Shown here: positions 37,781-46,461 of the stretch, one piece after another | Position numbering within the stretch: the stretch's first letter is position 1 | Layout: each line of letters opens with the position of its first letter | Virus record (IMG/VR): IMGVR_UViG_3300050132_000038 | Coordinates: 1 to 64,000 of that record | Reading direction: 5' to 3' (one strand) | Length of the DNA stretch: 64,000 nt | The notes under the pieces: model-generated | Seen by the model: the letters and a program-made list of their open reading frames with translations, nothing else | Told to the model about the DNA's origin: nothing | Databases searched by the model: none | Made by a program: the position numbers and the translations under genes

Positions 37781-38808
37781 CCTTCCCCCTCACCACCAGC
37801 AGTGTGCTCAAGCAAGGCATCTTCCAAGCCTTCGCCAATCGACTCTACGAAGTGGTGGATGATGTGTCCATCTTTGAACTTACCACTCTGTATTAGTTTG
37901 AATGCGTGGGTGATTGCTACTGAGCCAACCCCTGCTGCTAAGTGGGCAGCCAGTCCACCAGGTAGTGCGGCGATACTTAAGCCCAAAGTAATCTTACCCA
38001 GGCTCTTCATTGCGGTTTTCTGTTCATCCGAAAGCTTCTGTCCTTCGCTTAGGGCAACCAAACCTTGGGTAGCAGGCTTGATATGCTGGAAGGACTTATC
38101 CAGCACCTGTGTAATGTGGTGTGCTTTACTCCTGATGTGCCGACCGATAGCAGAACGGTAGCTACTCTTAGGTGCAGCATGCTCTTTAGGAACCGGGGCT
38201 TCCTTAGCTTGCTCTACACCATCGGCTAAAGCCTCGACGAAGACCTCAACGTCATCCTTACCCTCGGACTGTTCCTTCTTCTCTTTGAAGTGTTCCACTG
38301 CGTGGTTAACTGCGGTAATACCAATACGGCCGAGTACCTGAGCACCATGAACACCAACAACAGAGCTAAGAGTAGCTTTGAGGGCTACACCACCGAGGTC
38401 GTATAGTGCTTCCTTGTGGTTTTCCTCTAGGGCCTTACCGGTGGCTAAATGCTTTAGGGCTGAGGTAGCTTCATGGATTAGCGGAAATGTCTTCTTAAGG
38501 AAGCTGGCAATCTTAGGGGCATGTTTACGAATGCCACCTGCAATCTTCTTACGGTGCTCTGGATTAATCTGCGACTTAGCCGCAGGCTCTGTACCCAACT
38601 CCTCTTCATCCTTCTTGGATTTCGATTCCTCGTTAGAGCCCTCTCGAATAGCGTCCTCTGCGTACTTCGAGTGGGGGTGTTCCTCTATGTACTCCTTCTT
38701 CTGGTCGGGCTCTAGATGTTGCCACCACTCACTGGCTGCTGGAGCCTTTGCCTGAGTAATAGTGGATGCTACCAATCGTGCTGCTGCGTTTAGTTTGAAT
38801 TGTTTCAT
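37777..38808 (-). CDS. Tagged protein, paralog B
   Basis: FKLNAAARLVAS; WWQHLEPDQKKEYIEEHPHSKYA; shares SIAALPGG.AAHL.AG and HFVESIG.GLEDA with paralog A. Confidence 0.72.
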   Translation of the reverse strand: MKQFKLNAAARLVASTITQAKAPAASEWWQHLEPDQKKEYIEEHPHSKYAEDAIREGSNEESKSKKDEEELGTEPAAKSQINPEHRKKIAGGIRKHAPKIASFLKKTFPLIHEATSALKHLATGKALEENHKEALYDLGGVALKATLSSVVGVHGAQVLGRIGITAVNHAVEHFKEKKEQSEGKDDVEVFVEALADGVEQAKEAPVPKEHAAPKSSYRSAIGRHIRSKAHHITQVLDKSFQHIKPATQGLVALSEGQKLSDEQKTAMKSLGKITLGLSIAALPGGLAAHLAAGVGSVAITHAFKLIQSGKFKDGHIIHHFVESIGEGLEDALLEHTAGGEGEG

Positions 38809-38810
38809 GT

Positions 38811-40472
38811 TTAATCCTTCACCTCTGTGTCGTGTTTTTCAAGGAAGCGAGGAATGCGAAAGCCTAACTGCCGGAAGAACATGATCTGTATGCTTGGGTC
38901 CACGTAGTTGGCTAGTGCTGTTGTGCCCGTGACTTTAGTTCCACCGCTAGCCATTGTTCTAATATGGTTTAGCAACTTACCGACCTGCTCGCCCATCTTC
39001 GTTAGCATAGCGAGTGCAGCACGCTCGTCCTTGGGAGGCTTCTCCATAGCCTTCTCCATAAGCTCAGAGAACAGATGAGTACCTCGCAGGGTCCGAAGCT
39101 TGTGCACAGTTGTTCCTGCAGGGGCACCTAGCTCTTTGAAGTAAGCGTTAGCGTCCTTGGCATTAACCGGGACTTTACGAGCGCTTTTGTCCACGGTGAA
39201 CACTCGGTCCTTAGGCTGCTTGCCCGCTAACAGTTGGAGTAAGGCTTTGATAACAAACTTCTGTGTAGGATCAGACGCTACCAACTTATGCACGGTCTTG
39301 ATGGAGTCCTTACCAAGGTAGCGAATAGTGATGTTACCTGAAGCATGGTCTACAGCCATATGTTTTACCAGCAGGGTGGATACACCGAACGTCGCTTCAC
39401 CTGGAGTACCAACACGGGCTGCAAACTCATACAGGATCTCTAAGATGGTGGCGGCTACACATTCAGCATCAGTAATCTTGAATTGTTTAACCTTGGAGAA
39501 CCAGGCTTTCTGCATCGACAAGATCTTGGGTGCGAGGTCAGCGACGTGCTGGAACTTTGCCTTAGCTGCTTCCTTCTTGTACTCCGAAGTGTAGAAGTAG
39601 GGACCAGGGCCGCCATCGCTACGTATAGCCTGAAACACAAAATCCTTACCACCCTCTTTCCCGAACTGCTTGTTCATTATCATGGTAGGGAACATAATAG
39701 CCGAGGGGACACCGTCGATCATCTTACCAGTGTTGGTGTATAGCCTACCCAGGTCGTCAACCTCGCCTGTGAATCCAACAGGAAGCATGTGCTCAATACC
39801 ATTGGCGTGTAGGTAGGCCAAGAGCTCCTCGTAGGGAACTGTGTCATGTCCGGATTTACGCACATAGGATACTACGGCATCCTTCCACACCTGGTTGTGC
39901 TCCTTGCGGTATGCTTGGTACTGTGCGTACTCTTCTGGGTGAGTTTCCTTAACCTGTTTGGCTTCATCTATAGTAAGTGCGGTGTCGTCACGGCCGACCA
40001 TCTCGAACACTAGCTTGCGGAGCGTGTCACTCTTCTGTTGACCTTGTTTGGGAGCAAACCGAGAGCTAACGAAAGGACTATGAACTATACCTGCCATCTT
40101 CTGAATCTTGGAGAGCGCGGCTTCACTATCGGTACGGAGGTACAGGCCGAGGGCTTTCAGTACGTCGATCTCCTGAGAGGTGAATGACTTCTCCGCACGA
40201 TACGTCTCGAACATCTCCTTGATCTCAGTACCAAGGAGTACCAACTGTTCTGCTTTACCCGTGCCGGCAAGGGCTGCCTGGATGGACGGAAGGAGGGAAG
40301 GAAGTTGCTTTCCCCACTTAGCGATGATTGCTTTAGGAATGCTTTTTAGTTCTTGGGCAGTTTCCTTGTCCGGTTTGCTCTCCGGCCCGTTGCTAACGTA
40401 GTCAACAATTAAAACAAAAAGAGGTTGGAGGAGGTTCAGAAGCTCTGAGGCTGTGATTAATGTTTGGTCCAT
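38811..40472 (-). CDS. DNA topoisomerase IB with long N-terminal extension
   Basis: Catalytic pentad candidates: ARVG, YLGKD, HKLRT, LLNH, NYVDP. Start moved to ATG 40472, downstream of the terminator and promoter motif. Confidence 0.85.
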   Translation of the reverse strand: MDQTLITASELLNLLQPLFVLIVDYVSNGPESKPDKETAQELKSIPKAIIAKWGKQLPSLLPSIQAALAGTGKAEQLVLLGTEIKEMFETYRAEKSFTSQEIDVLKALGLYLRTDSEAALSKIQKMAGIVHSPFVSSRFAPKQGQQKSDTLRKLVFEMVGRDDTALTIDEAKQVKETHPEEYAQYQAYRKEHNQVWKDAVVSYVRKSGHDTVPYEELLAYLHANGIEHMLPVGFTGEVDDLGRLYTNTGKMIDGVPSAIMFPTMIMNKQFGKEGGKDFVFQAIRSDGGPGPYFYTSEYKKEAAKAKFQHVADLAPKILSMQKAWFSKVKQFKITDAECVAATILEILYEFAARVGTPGEATFGVSTLLVKHMAVDHASGNITIRYLGKDSIKTVHKLVASDPTQKFVIKALLQLLAGKQPKDRVFTVDKSARKVPVNAKDANAYFKELGAPAGTTVHKLRTLRGTHLFSELMEKAMEKPPKDERAALAMLTKMGEQVGKLLNHIRTMASGGTKVTGTTALANYVDPSIQIMFFRQLGFRIPRFLEKHDTEVKD

Positions 40473-40523
40473 TCTATTGTTCCTAAAGAAGCGATGTTTA
40501 GAATGAAATTGCGGGCGTAACGC

Positions 40524-40561
40524 AAAAGAGGGCACGTATTCCGCTAAGAATACGTGCCCTC
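40524..40561 (-). terminator. Intrinsic terminator separating the early/middle block from the late block
   Basis: GAGGGCACGTATTC / GAATACGTGCCCTC 14-bp stem followed by TTTT. Confidence 0.82.
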
Positions 40562-40759
40562 GATTTCACTTCTCTACCACACTACTAACCTTCGTTTTCC
40601 TCGTCTTCACCTACCTGTTCTTCTAACCACACATGCTTCTCATTTGTGTGGTCTTCGATTTGCTCCATTGCAGCCATGCGATCATCGAGATCAATATCAT
40701 GATCCCTAGCCAACTCAGAGATCAGGGAAAGAATCTCATTCAAACGTTCGTCAACAGTA

Positions 40760-41560
40760 TTAGCCATTGTCATGTCCCTCGTCCTCATCCGAATCATAGT
40801 CTTCCATGTCCAGGTCTTCATCTTCCAAGGCTTCTGCAGCCATGAGAACGTCGAGCATAGGATCTTTCAGAATAGGCAACGTCACTGCTTCAATCAACGA
40901 TGCTACTTCCACAATATCGCAAGCTTCTGCAATCAACGAACCATCATCGAACATAGTAGCGTAGATAGCTGCTTCTGGTGGTTGGAAGTTCGGACCCTTC
41001 TGAACCTTACCGTTTTCATCCTTGATAGGCATTCCGTCTGCACCGAGCTTGGTGAAGTTAGAACCCATTATACAAGCCAGAACCGACTCAAGCGGAATAC
41101 CGTATTTCAGAGCTTCGCTACGGTTGTACACGTTCATATCACCGAGCCAATCAGCGATCATAACCAGGATTTGATTGTCCAGGTCACCATTGTGATTAGC
41201 GAGGATAACAGTTTGGGCGAGATTAGTACCCCGCATACCAGTGATACCCCTCGTTGCCAAGAAGTCAACAATACTATTTCCCTCTGCGGGGATGTGAGCT
41301 TCCCGCATCTCCAGTAAGGCCAGGATCTCCTTACCTTCGTCCATCTCCTTCTGGAGGGTCTTCATGAACCCGGTCATACGCTGAACAGGCGATTCCCCGA
41401 GGTTGTCCAGCGAGGGTGTACTATTGATCGGCAGATCGTACATCTTGTTTTGCTTGTACACTTGAAACATAAACAGCTGTTCAATAGGCAAGCCAGTTGC
41501 CGCGAACTCTTCTGCACTGGAGTTGACAATGTTGGTGTACTGCTCTAACGACATGCTCAT
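40760..41560 (-). CDS. MazG-like (all-alpha) NTP pyrophosphohydrolase
   Basis: KEMDEG..DWLGD..SNFTKLGADG.PI.DENGKVQKGPNF.PP. Confidence 0.78.
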   Translation of the reverse strand: MSMSLEQYTNIVNSSAEEFAATGLPIEQLFMFQVYKQNKMYDLPINSTPSLDNLGESPVQRMTGFMKTLQKEMDEGKEILALLEMREAHIPAEGNSIVDFLATRGITGMRGTNLAQTVILANHNGDLDNQILVMIADWLGDMNVYNRSEALKYGIPLESVLACIMGSNFTKLGADGMPIKDENGKVQKGPNFQPPEAAIYATMFDDGSLIAEACDIVEVASLIEAVTLPILKDPMLDVLMAAEALEDEDLDMEDYDSDEDEGHDNG

Positions 41561-41599
41561 CTTTAATTCCTTGGTTGGGGTTACTTATGTTATTTACAG

Positions 41600-41830
41600 T
41601 TAAGAATTTTTAGGGATTGGTTCATACAGAGAGTCCACACACCATACAAAATTAGTAGGACTCATTGGGTGCGGTTTACGCTGTGCATCACCTTTAGCTT
41701 CTCTAGTCTTCCCCCAGGTACCAAGAACTTCTAAACGTTCCTGAACACGAAACTTATCGCCAGCTCGCACATCTTGTAACCCTGCTAAGTCCAGCCAAGC
41801 TCCGTTAGTGAGGATCTGTACTTTACTCAT
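41600..41830 (-). CDS. Hypothetical protein
   Basis: ATGA-coupled to the upstream gene. Confidence 0.5.
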   Translation of the reverse strand: MSKVQILTNGAWLDLAGLQDVRAGDKFRVQERLEVLGTWGKTREAKGDAQRKPHPMSPTNFVWCVDSLYEPIPKNS

Positions 41831-42069
41831 TCTTTGTCCTTACCAAGTTCAATTTCTTTAAAGTCATCGCCCTCTGCAATCTGTTTGATGTACTTCGCAA
41901 TCTTATCTGCCTGGTCAATCGGGATGTTGAGGCCTTGCCGACCGTGCTGCCAAGTTGGATTCTTCTTGGTCTGGTACATTTGGCGAAGGGACACGAAGCG
42001 CTCCCCGTTGAGGATCACTCCACTCATTCTGATCGCTTTAGCATCGGACAGCTTTAGAAGTTTTGCCAT
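41827..42069 (-). CDS. PC4-like ssDNA-binding protein
   Basis: FVSLRQMY..W..GRQGLNIP pattern of the PC4 fold. Confidence 0.68.
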   Translation of the reverse strand: MAKLLKLSDAKAIRMSGVILNGERFVSLRQMYQTKKNPTWQHGRQGLNIPIDQADKIAKYIKQIAEGDDFKEIELGKDKE

Positions 42070-42081
42070 ATTATTCCTTAG

Positions 42082-42276
42082 TTAGTACCCACCGAAACCT
42101 GTATCAGCCGGAGCAGAAGAACGAGCAGCTGCCACTGCAAACACTACGCTAACCACTAGTATAGTGAGCATAATCTTCCAGGTTACGCTCCAGCCTAGAA
42201 GGAATAAGAAGATTAGAAATGTTAGCGTTACTACTATAATGTTAGTTATAGTTAGATGATCTAGATTTGCTTTCAC
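42082..42276 (-). CDS. Small two-TM membrane protein
   Basis: Two hydrophobic helices. Confidence 0.5.
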   Translation of the reverse strand: MKANLDHLTITNIIVVTLTFLIFLFLLGWSVTWKIMLTILVVSVVFAVAAARSSAPADTGFGGY

Positions 42277-42581
42277 TGGGAAAACCTCGTAGCCTCACGG
42301 TCATTGAGGAATTGGCATAAGTCCTCCTCTTCTACGTGCCAACAAAGAACAGTAGTATCAGCTATAGCATTTATATTCCCGCGATCCCCTACTAGATAGC
42401 GTACTCCCACCGAGTTGATAACCTGCTGTTGTTTGTCTACGGCGTAGACTTTTATCTGATCCAGCAAGGTGTACTCGTGTTCACCAGTCCTCTTTGTTAC
42501 GGTACTATTGACTGGGATTTCAGAAGCGGGCAACAACACTTTGAACACTAGCTGCCCACTACACTCGTCGTGATCACCCAT
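42273..42581 (-). CDS. Hypothetical protein
   Basis: AAGGAG RBS, packed ORF. Confidence 0.55.
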   Translation of the reverse strand: MGDHDECSGQLVFKVLLPASEIPVNSTVTKRTGEHEYTLLDQIKVYAVDKQQQVINSVGVRYLVGDRGNINAIADTTVLCWHVEEEDLCQFLNDREATRFSQ

Positions 42582-42699
42582 TGCTACTCCTTATGTTCCG
42601 AGCGTCGGGCCATACCAATTTCCCGCAGCTGATTAATCGTAAGATCGTAGTCAACGCATTTAAAGAGTGCTTGGTCTGCTTCTTTTCGTTCTTCTGTCA

Positions 42700-43545
42700 T
42701 TACCTGTTCACCTGGAATGTTGGGATCGGGGAGTTCCCGCTCCCTACGTACTGAGGTTGCACACCATTCCAACGCTCAATCCACATCTGGGTCAGCACTT
42801 CTGGATTCTTTGCCAAAGCTGCACCTCGCAATTCCGTTGCCTGTGCCTCATTCTGAGCAACCGTAACGTCAGCAAGTGAGTTCACAACACGCTTCGCTGC
42901 TTCTGCCTTGGTCTGCGCTACTTCATTCTCAATTTGGATCCCCTTCTGAATCGCTGCCATCTTGGAGTTCATAGCAGCAACAATCTGCGGCGGGTAACGG
43001 AAGCTACCAATGGAGGATAGCTGTTCTACAGTAATGCCCACCGTGGAAGCCTTTGCAATTAGCTTCTGATTAACCTGAGTCATGAACTTTGCACGGTCGC
43101 TACTGATCTGATCCAGCGTCATAGAGCCCGCAACTTCTACTAAAGAATCACGTACCATGTTACGCAGGTACACGTCAGTGATCTCGTCCATGCCCTGCCG
43201 GTACTTCTGGAAAATCGTGGGGACGTTGGCTTCTGCAATGTGGTAGGTGATACCGAAGTCAGCATTAACGTTAGTCCCTTCTTGCGATTGGAAGTCGATC
43301 GACTCGTTCTTGGCCTTGCCTTCATCGAGGGATGCCGTCCACGTATAGTTCTGAGTGAACGTAGGGAACAAGTAGACTTGCGTGTTCCAACCTTGGAACG
43401 TGTTACCCGGCTGCAACACTTGGTTCTGCACGCCCGAACCTGAACCATACTTGTTGACCTTTACGCCAACGTACCCAACAGGAACTTTGGTACAGGCTGC
43501 GAGGAACGCGAGGGAGAGCAGGGAAAGGGTGATCTTCTTGTTCAT
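42700..43545 (-). CDS. SPFH/band-7 family lipoprotein
   Basis: Lipobox LAAC, VPVGYVGVKV, coiled coil with AEA, WIERWNGVQP. Confidence 0.87.
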   Translation of the reverse strand: MNKKITLSLLSLAFLAACTKVPVGYVGVKVNKYGSGSGVQNQVLQPGNTFQGWNTQVYLFPTFTQNYTWTASLDEGKAKNESIDFQSQEGTNVNADFGITYHIAEANVPTIFQKYRQGMDEITDVYLRNMVRDSLVEVAGSMTLDQISSDRAKFMTQVNQKLIAKASTVGITVEQLSSIGSFRYPPQIVAAMNSKMAAIQKGIQIENEVAQTKAEAAKRVVNSLADVTVAQNEAQATELRGAALAKNPEVLTQMWIERWNGVQPQYVGSGNSPIPTFQVNR

Positions 43546-43769
43546 TCTGAATCCTTAATTTTGTTGAGTTTGCGAAAACTACGAGCCACTATGTACCACA
43601 GTATGAACATAGCCGCTGCGTAGAGCATGACGAATGCGGGTAACAGAACGTAGGCGTCACCACTTTGGGTGAGCATGGAAGCGATACTGATACCTGCAAA
43701 CATTGCGTACACTGTTACGAGGGTTGCTAACAGCAAGATTGCGAGTTTGGTTTTGAGATAACGCTTCAT
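43542..43769 (-). CDS. Small two-TM membrane protein coupled to the SPFH gene
   Basis: Hydrophobic helices; ATGA overlap. Confidence 0.55.
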   Translation of the reverse strand: MKRYLKTKLAILLLATLVTVYAMFAGISIASMLTQSGDAYVLLPAFVMLYAAAMFILWYIVARSFRKLNKIKDSE

Positions 43770-43783
43770 TAGTTCCTCCCTTA

Positions 43784-44119
43784 CTAAATCTTATTTACAA
43801 GTGGCTTCACAATTAGGTGATAGTTAGCGAGGACCTTTCGGCCAGGAATACAGAAGCCGTTATCCGCGTAGTAACCTAGATGCCAGGAAGTCTTAGTCAC
43901 ACCTACTAAGGCGTTTCCAAGTTTAGTCCGACCGTAGATAGGTTCTGCGTGAGGCACATTAGAATTGAATGTGTACTTCCCACTAGGCGCACGTAACACC
44001 TTACCCGTCTGTGCTTCCATTATTCCGTCTGCGGAAAGCCAGAGTCGATCACTGTGATCTAGGAAAGGCAAGTTAAGGAATGCCGATTTGCCGAAGTCAT
44101 CTGTCACAAGATATAGCAT
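43784..44119 (-). CDS. Hypothetical protein
   Basis: AAGGA RBS, packed ORF. Confidence 0.5.
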   Translation of the reverse strand: MLYLVTDDFGKSAFLNLPFLDHSDRLWLSADGIMEAQTGKVLRAPSGKYTFNSNVPHAEPIYGRTKLGNALVGVTKTSWHLGYYADNGFCIPGRKVLANYHLIVKPLVNKI

Positions 44120-44248
44120 GTTATTTCCTTTTGCGATAGTCGCGAAGCTTCGGGATTAGGCTGTTGGAGATGACACGGACTTCTCTGATTGGTGCTTTCT
44201 CGCCTGAGATGTCGCCAAGTTCTGTGAATGGGTAATCAGTGTATGCTT

Positions 44249-44599
44249 TCATGATCTTTTCGCTACTAGAAATTTAGCGAAGGCTAAGGCATTGCCCCAA
44301 CCTTCATCTGTTGGCGGGAAGCGGGCGTCTGGACTAATATCCACTTCACTAAAATGAGGATCGAGCTTGTTTAAGACACGGGACAGTAGGTCGTTTACAG
44401 TGTAGATCCCACTGTATACCATGACTTTCATGCCCTCGAAGTTCTTAGCATCTGGGTAGTGAACTTTTACTACCAAACAGACGTTAGCTTTGCACCTCAC
44501 TATAGAGTGATTTACCACCTTGAAGTTCAGGGGATCCGGGTTGCTGTTCGGTGCTGCGTAGGGTGAACTGCTGCATTTGCTTCCCATACTAATGCCCAT
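44249..44599 (-). CDS. Hypothetical protein
   Basis: AAGGA RBS, packed ORF. Confidence 0.55.
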   Translation of the reverse strand: MGISMGSKCSSSPYAAPNSNPDPLNFKVVNHSIVRCKANVCLVVKVHYPDAKNFEGMKVMVYSGIYTVNDLLSRVLNKLDPHFSEVDISPDARFPPTDEGWGNALAFAKFLVAKRS

Positions 44600-44601
44600 G
44601 A

Positions 44602-44847
44602 TTATTCCTTAATCATCTCATTGTAATCTTCTATAAGATCCTTCAACGCCCTACCAGAGGCGTGTACCCACCGTGGTGGTATACGGCAAACGCGCTGTGC
44701 GGTTACCGTATACTCTTTGGCTATAGCCTGTCCATTGATTGTAGTTGAACCATCTGCATGCTCTTGAATACTGAGGGTAAGAGTGACTTCCTTGGTAATA
44801 GGGCTGGCACTGAGATGCTCTAGCTTCTCGAAGTTTTCAGGGGTCAT
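44602..44847 (-). CDS. Hypothetical protein
   Basis: Overlaps the upstream stop codon. Confidence 0.5.
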   Translation of the reverse strand: MTPENFEKLEHLSASPITKEVTLTLSIQEHADGSTTINGQAIAKEYTVTAQRVCRIPPRWVHASGRALKDLIEDYNEMIKE

Positions 44848-45236
44848 CAGGAACTCAAATAATAAATGTGGGCATTAGTGGCAAATGCAACTCGGTAATG
44901 GCTACCCCACCTAGGATGTACATAGTGGGTGTGGTAGTACATTACGTGGGCGAATACTCTGCGCGTCCTCCTTGAGTACATAACACGTCTTGCTGTTGTG
45001 ATAGCGGTAGACCACGCTTTCCTTTCAACAGGATTCTTGACCCTGGGTGCTGTTAGCCGATGGTGTGCAGTCCAGCTGAACTGGCGAGGTTCTTCTATGA
45101 CGTTACATACACTGCGGTGCTCCTTCTCCGCCCTATTAAGGGCTACCGCAGCTACTGCTTCTCTATCAATTACTGTTGTACCACGTGCTTCGTAGAATAC
45201 GTTGAGGGCTAGGCAGAGTAAGGCCGAGCCTATCAC
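44847..45236 (-). CDS. SleB/Hydrolase_2 cell-wall hydrolase
   Basis: CLALNVFYEARG, V.LNR, QFSW, YYH..V.P.W, HIYY. Confidence 0.85.
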   Translation of the reverse strand: MIGSALLCLALNVFYEARGTTVIDREAVAAVALNRAEKEHRSVCNVIEEPRQFSWTAHHRLTAPRVKNPVERKAWSTAITTARRVMYSRRTRRVFAHVMYYHTHYVHPRWGSHYRVAFATNAHIYYLSS

Positions 45237-45529
45237 TTCTTAGCCTTCTTGTTAAACGTCTTACGCTCAGTGCTTATACCTTCGTATACGGCAACAAGCT
45301 TGTCTAAGTTTCGTGCAATAGCGATAGCGACCTTTGTCTTATGGACGTCATTCTCGAAGAAGAGTATGCGGGTAGCACTACCATCTAGGTCTGTTATAGA
45401 ACTCAACGCCGAGTCTACGGCCATAACGAAGCGAGGATGTGCTCCACGGTTAGCTGCCCCCTCGTATTCCTTGCACTCTGCTTCGGTATTAAACGGGGTG
45501 CCGTCATCTGCCACATATTGAATTTTCAT
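45233..45529 (-). CDS. Hypothetical protein
   Basis: YVADDGTPFNTEAECKEYE, a common small-phage-protein N-terminus. Confidence 0.55.
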   Translation of the reverse strand: MKIQYVADDGTPFNTEAECKEYEGAANRGAHPRFVMAVDSALSSITDLDGSATRILFFENDVHKTKVAIAIARNLDKLVAVYEGISTERKTFNKKAKK

Positions 45530-45921
45530 TTCAGTTCCTTAGTGTAGCCGCCCGTACCGTATTCAACTTCGCCGTTAGGCAGAAGTACCATAGAGACGTG
45601 TGTAGGTGTGAAGTCCTTTACTACTTTTAGTTCTAACGAGTTGATTTCATCTAGAGCATTCCGTACTACAACTAGACGATCCCGTTCATGGCGGACGCTT
45701 GTTCCATTAGCCCACCGACTAAGTAGAATCTGGTGTTCCTGCTGGAGAGACTCTCGATCTGCAATCGTGTACACTTTTTTCGGGTTGTACTTACGAAACT
45801 CCTGCATCATCTCTTTGTAGAGCTTCTCGGAAAGCTTTGCGTCCTTAGCTTCGAGCGCATCCCACAGCTTTGTACCAGAGGCAACTGTTACGTCTTTATA
45901 CTTTACAGTGTGCTTGCTCAT
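45526..45921 (-). CDS. Hypothetical protein
   Basis: ATGA-coupled ORF. Confidence 0.5.
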   Translation of the reverse strand: MSKHTVKYKDVTVASGTKLWDALEAKDAKLSEKLYKEMMQEFRKYNPKKVYTIADRESLQQEHQILLSRWANGTSVRHERDRLVVVRNALDEINSLELKVVKDFTPTHVSMVLLPNGEVEYGTGGYTKELK

Positions 45922-46143
45922 TGTATAGAACTCGAATCAGAATCACCAAGCAAGTAGTCATAGCTATGACTGTCGATACGTTGGCCTTCCAAATTTACAC
46001 TGACGTTTACTCTACTCTCACCTGTTCTACTCTCACCTGCCTCTACACTGACCCTAATCTGAAGTTTCGCCTGTATGAAGTTGAACATACAATGCTGGAA
46101 GTGCGGATTTTCAAACAGTTTCTCGATTTGCTCGTTAGTCATG

Positions 46144-46461
46144 TTAGCTCCCTTTACTATAGAGGTCTTCCTGGCCCCAATGCCAGCCTTGAGCCCACTC
46201 TTGGCGTAAGGCAGGCGTTTGGTACGGGTTACTTTCAAGTGTTTTCCCGTTAGCCCTAGATTTGCAACCATCCTGGTAGGCTAACTCTGTGGCACTCTGC
46301 ATCTTAGGGAACTCGACTTGCACACAGGCTTGCTTCTCAATCAGCTTCTCTACCTCGTCTGCCCAGCGCCGTAATTTGTTGGCATGTTGCTGGACCGTAA
46401 AGTATGGACATTCAGCTTCCTCAGCTGCACGTCTACGTAGATACTCAGCTAGTTCTTTCAT
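46144..46461 (-). CDS. Hypothetical protein with C-terminal RMF-like motif
   Basis: AYQDG..NPY..W.QGW. Confidence 0.5.
   Translation of the reverse strand: MKELAEYLRRRAAEEAECPYFTVQQHANKLRRWADEVEKLIEKQACVQVEFPKMQSATELAYQDGCKSRANGKTLESNPYQTPALRQEWAQGWHWGQEDLYSKGS

Noticed and set aside
3438-38808. The LNAAxRL repeats as a DNA-level mobile repeat or CRISPR-like array
   Set aside because: Copies differ at synonymous positions, are irregularly spaced and always in frame; only the peptide is conserved. The 26-nt identity between the 3438 and 4649 starts is the exception.
44121-44252. 43-codon ORF MKAYTDYPFTELGDISGEKAPIREV as a truncated gene
   Set aside because: It looks like the start of a small phage protein family, but truncation cannot be shown without a database search.
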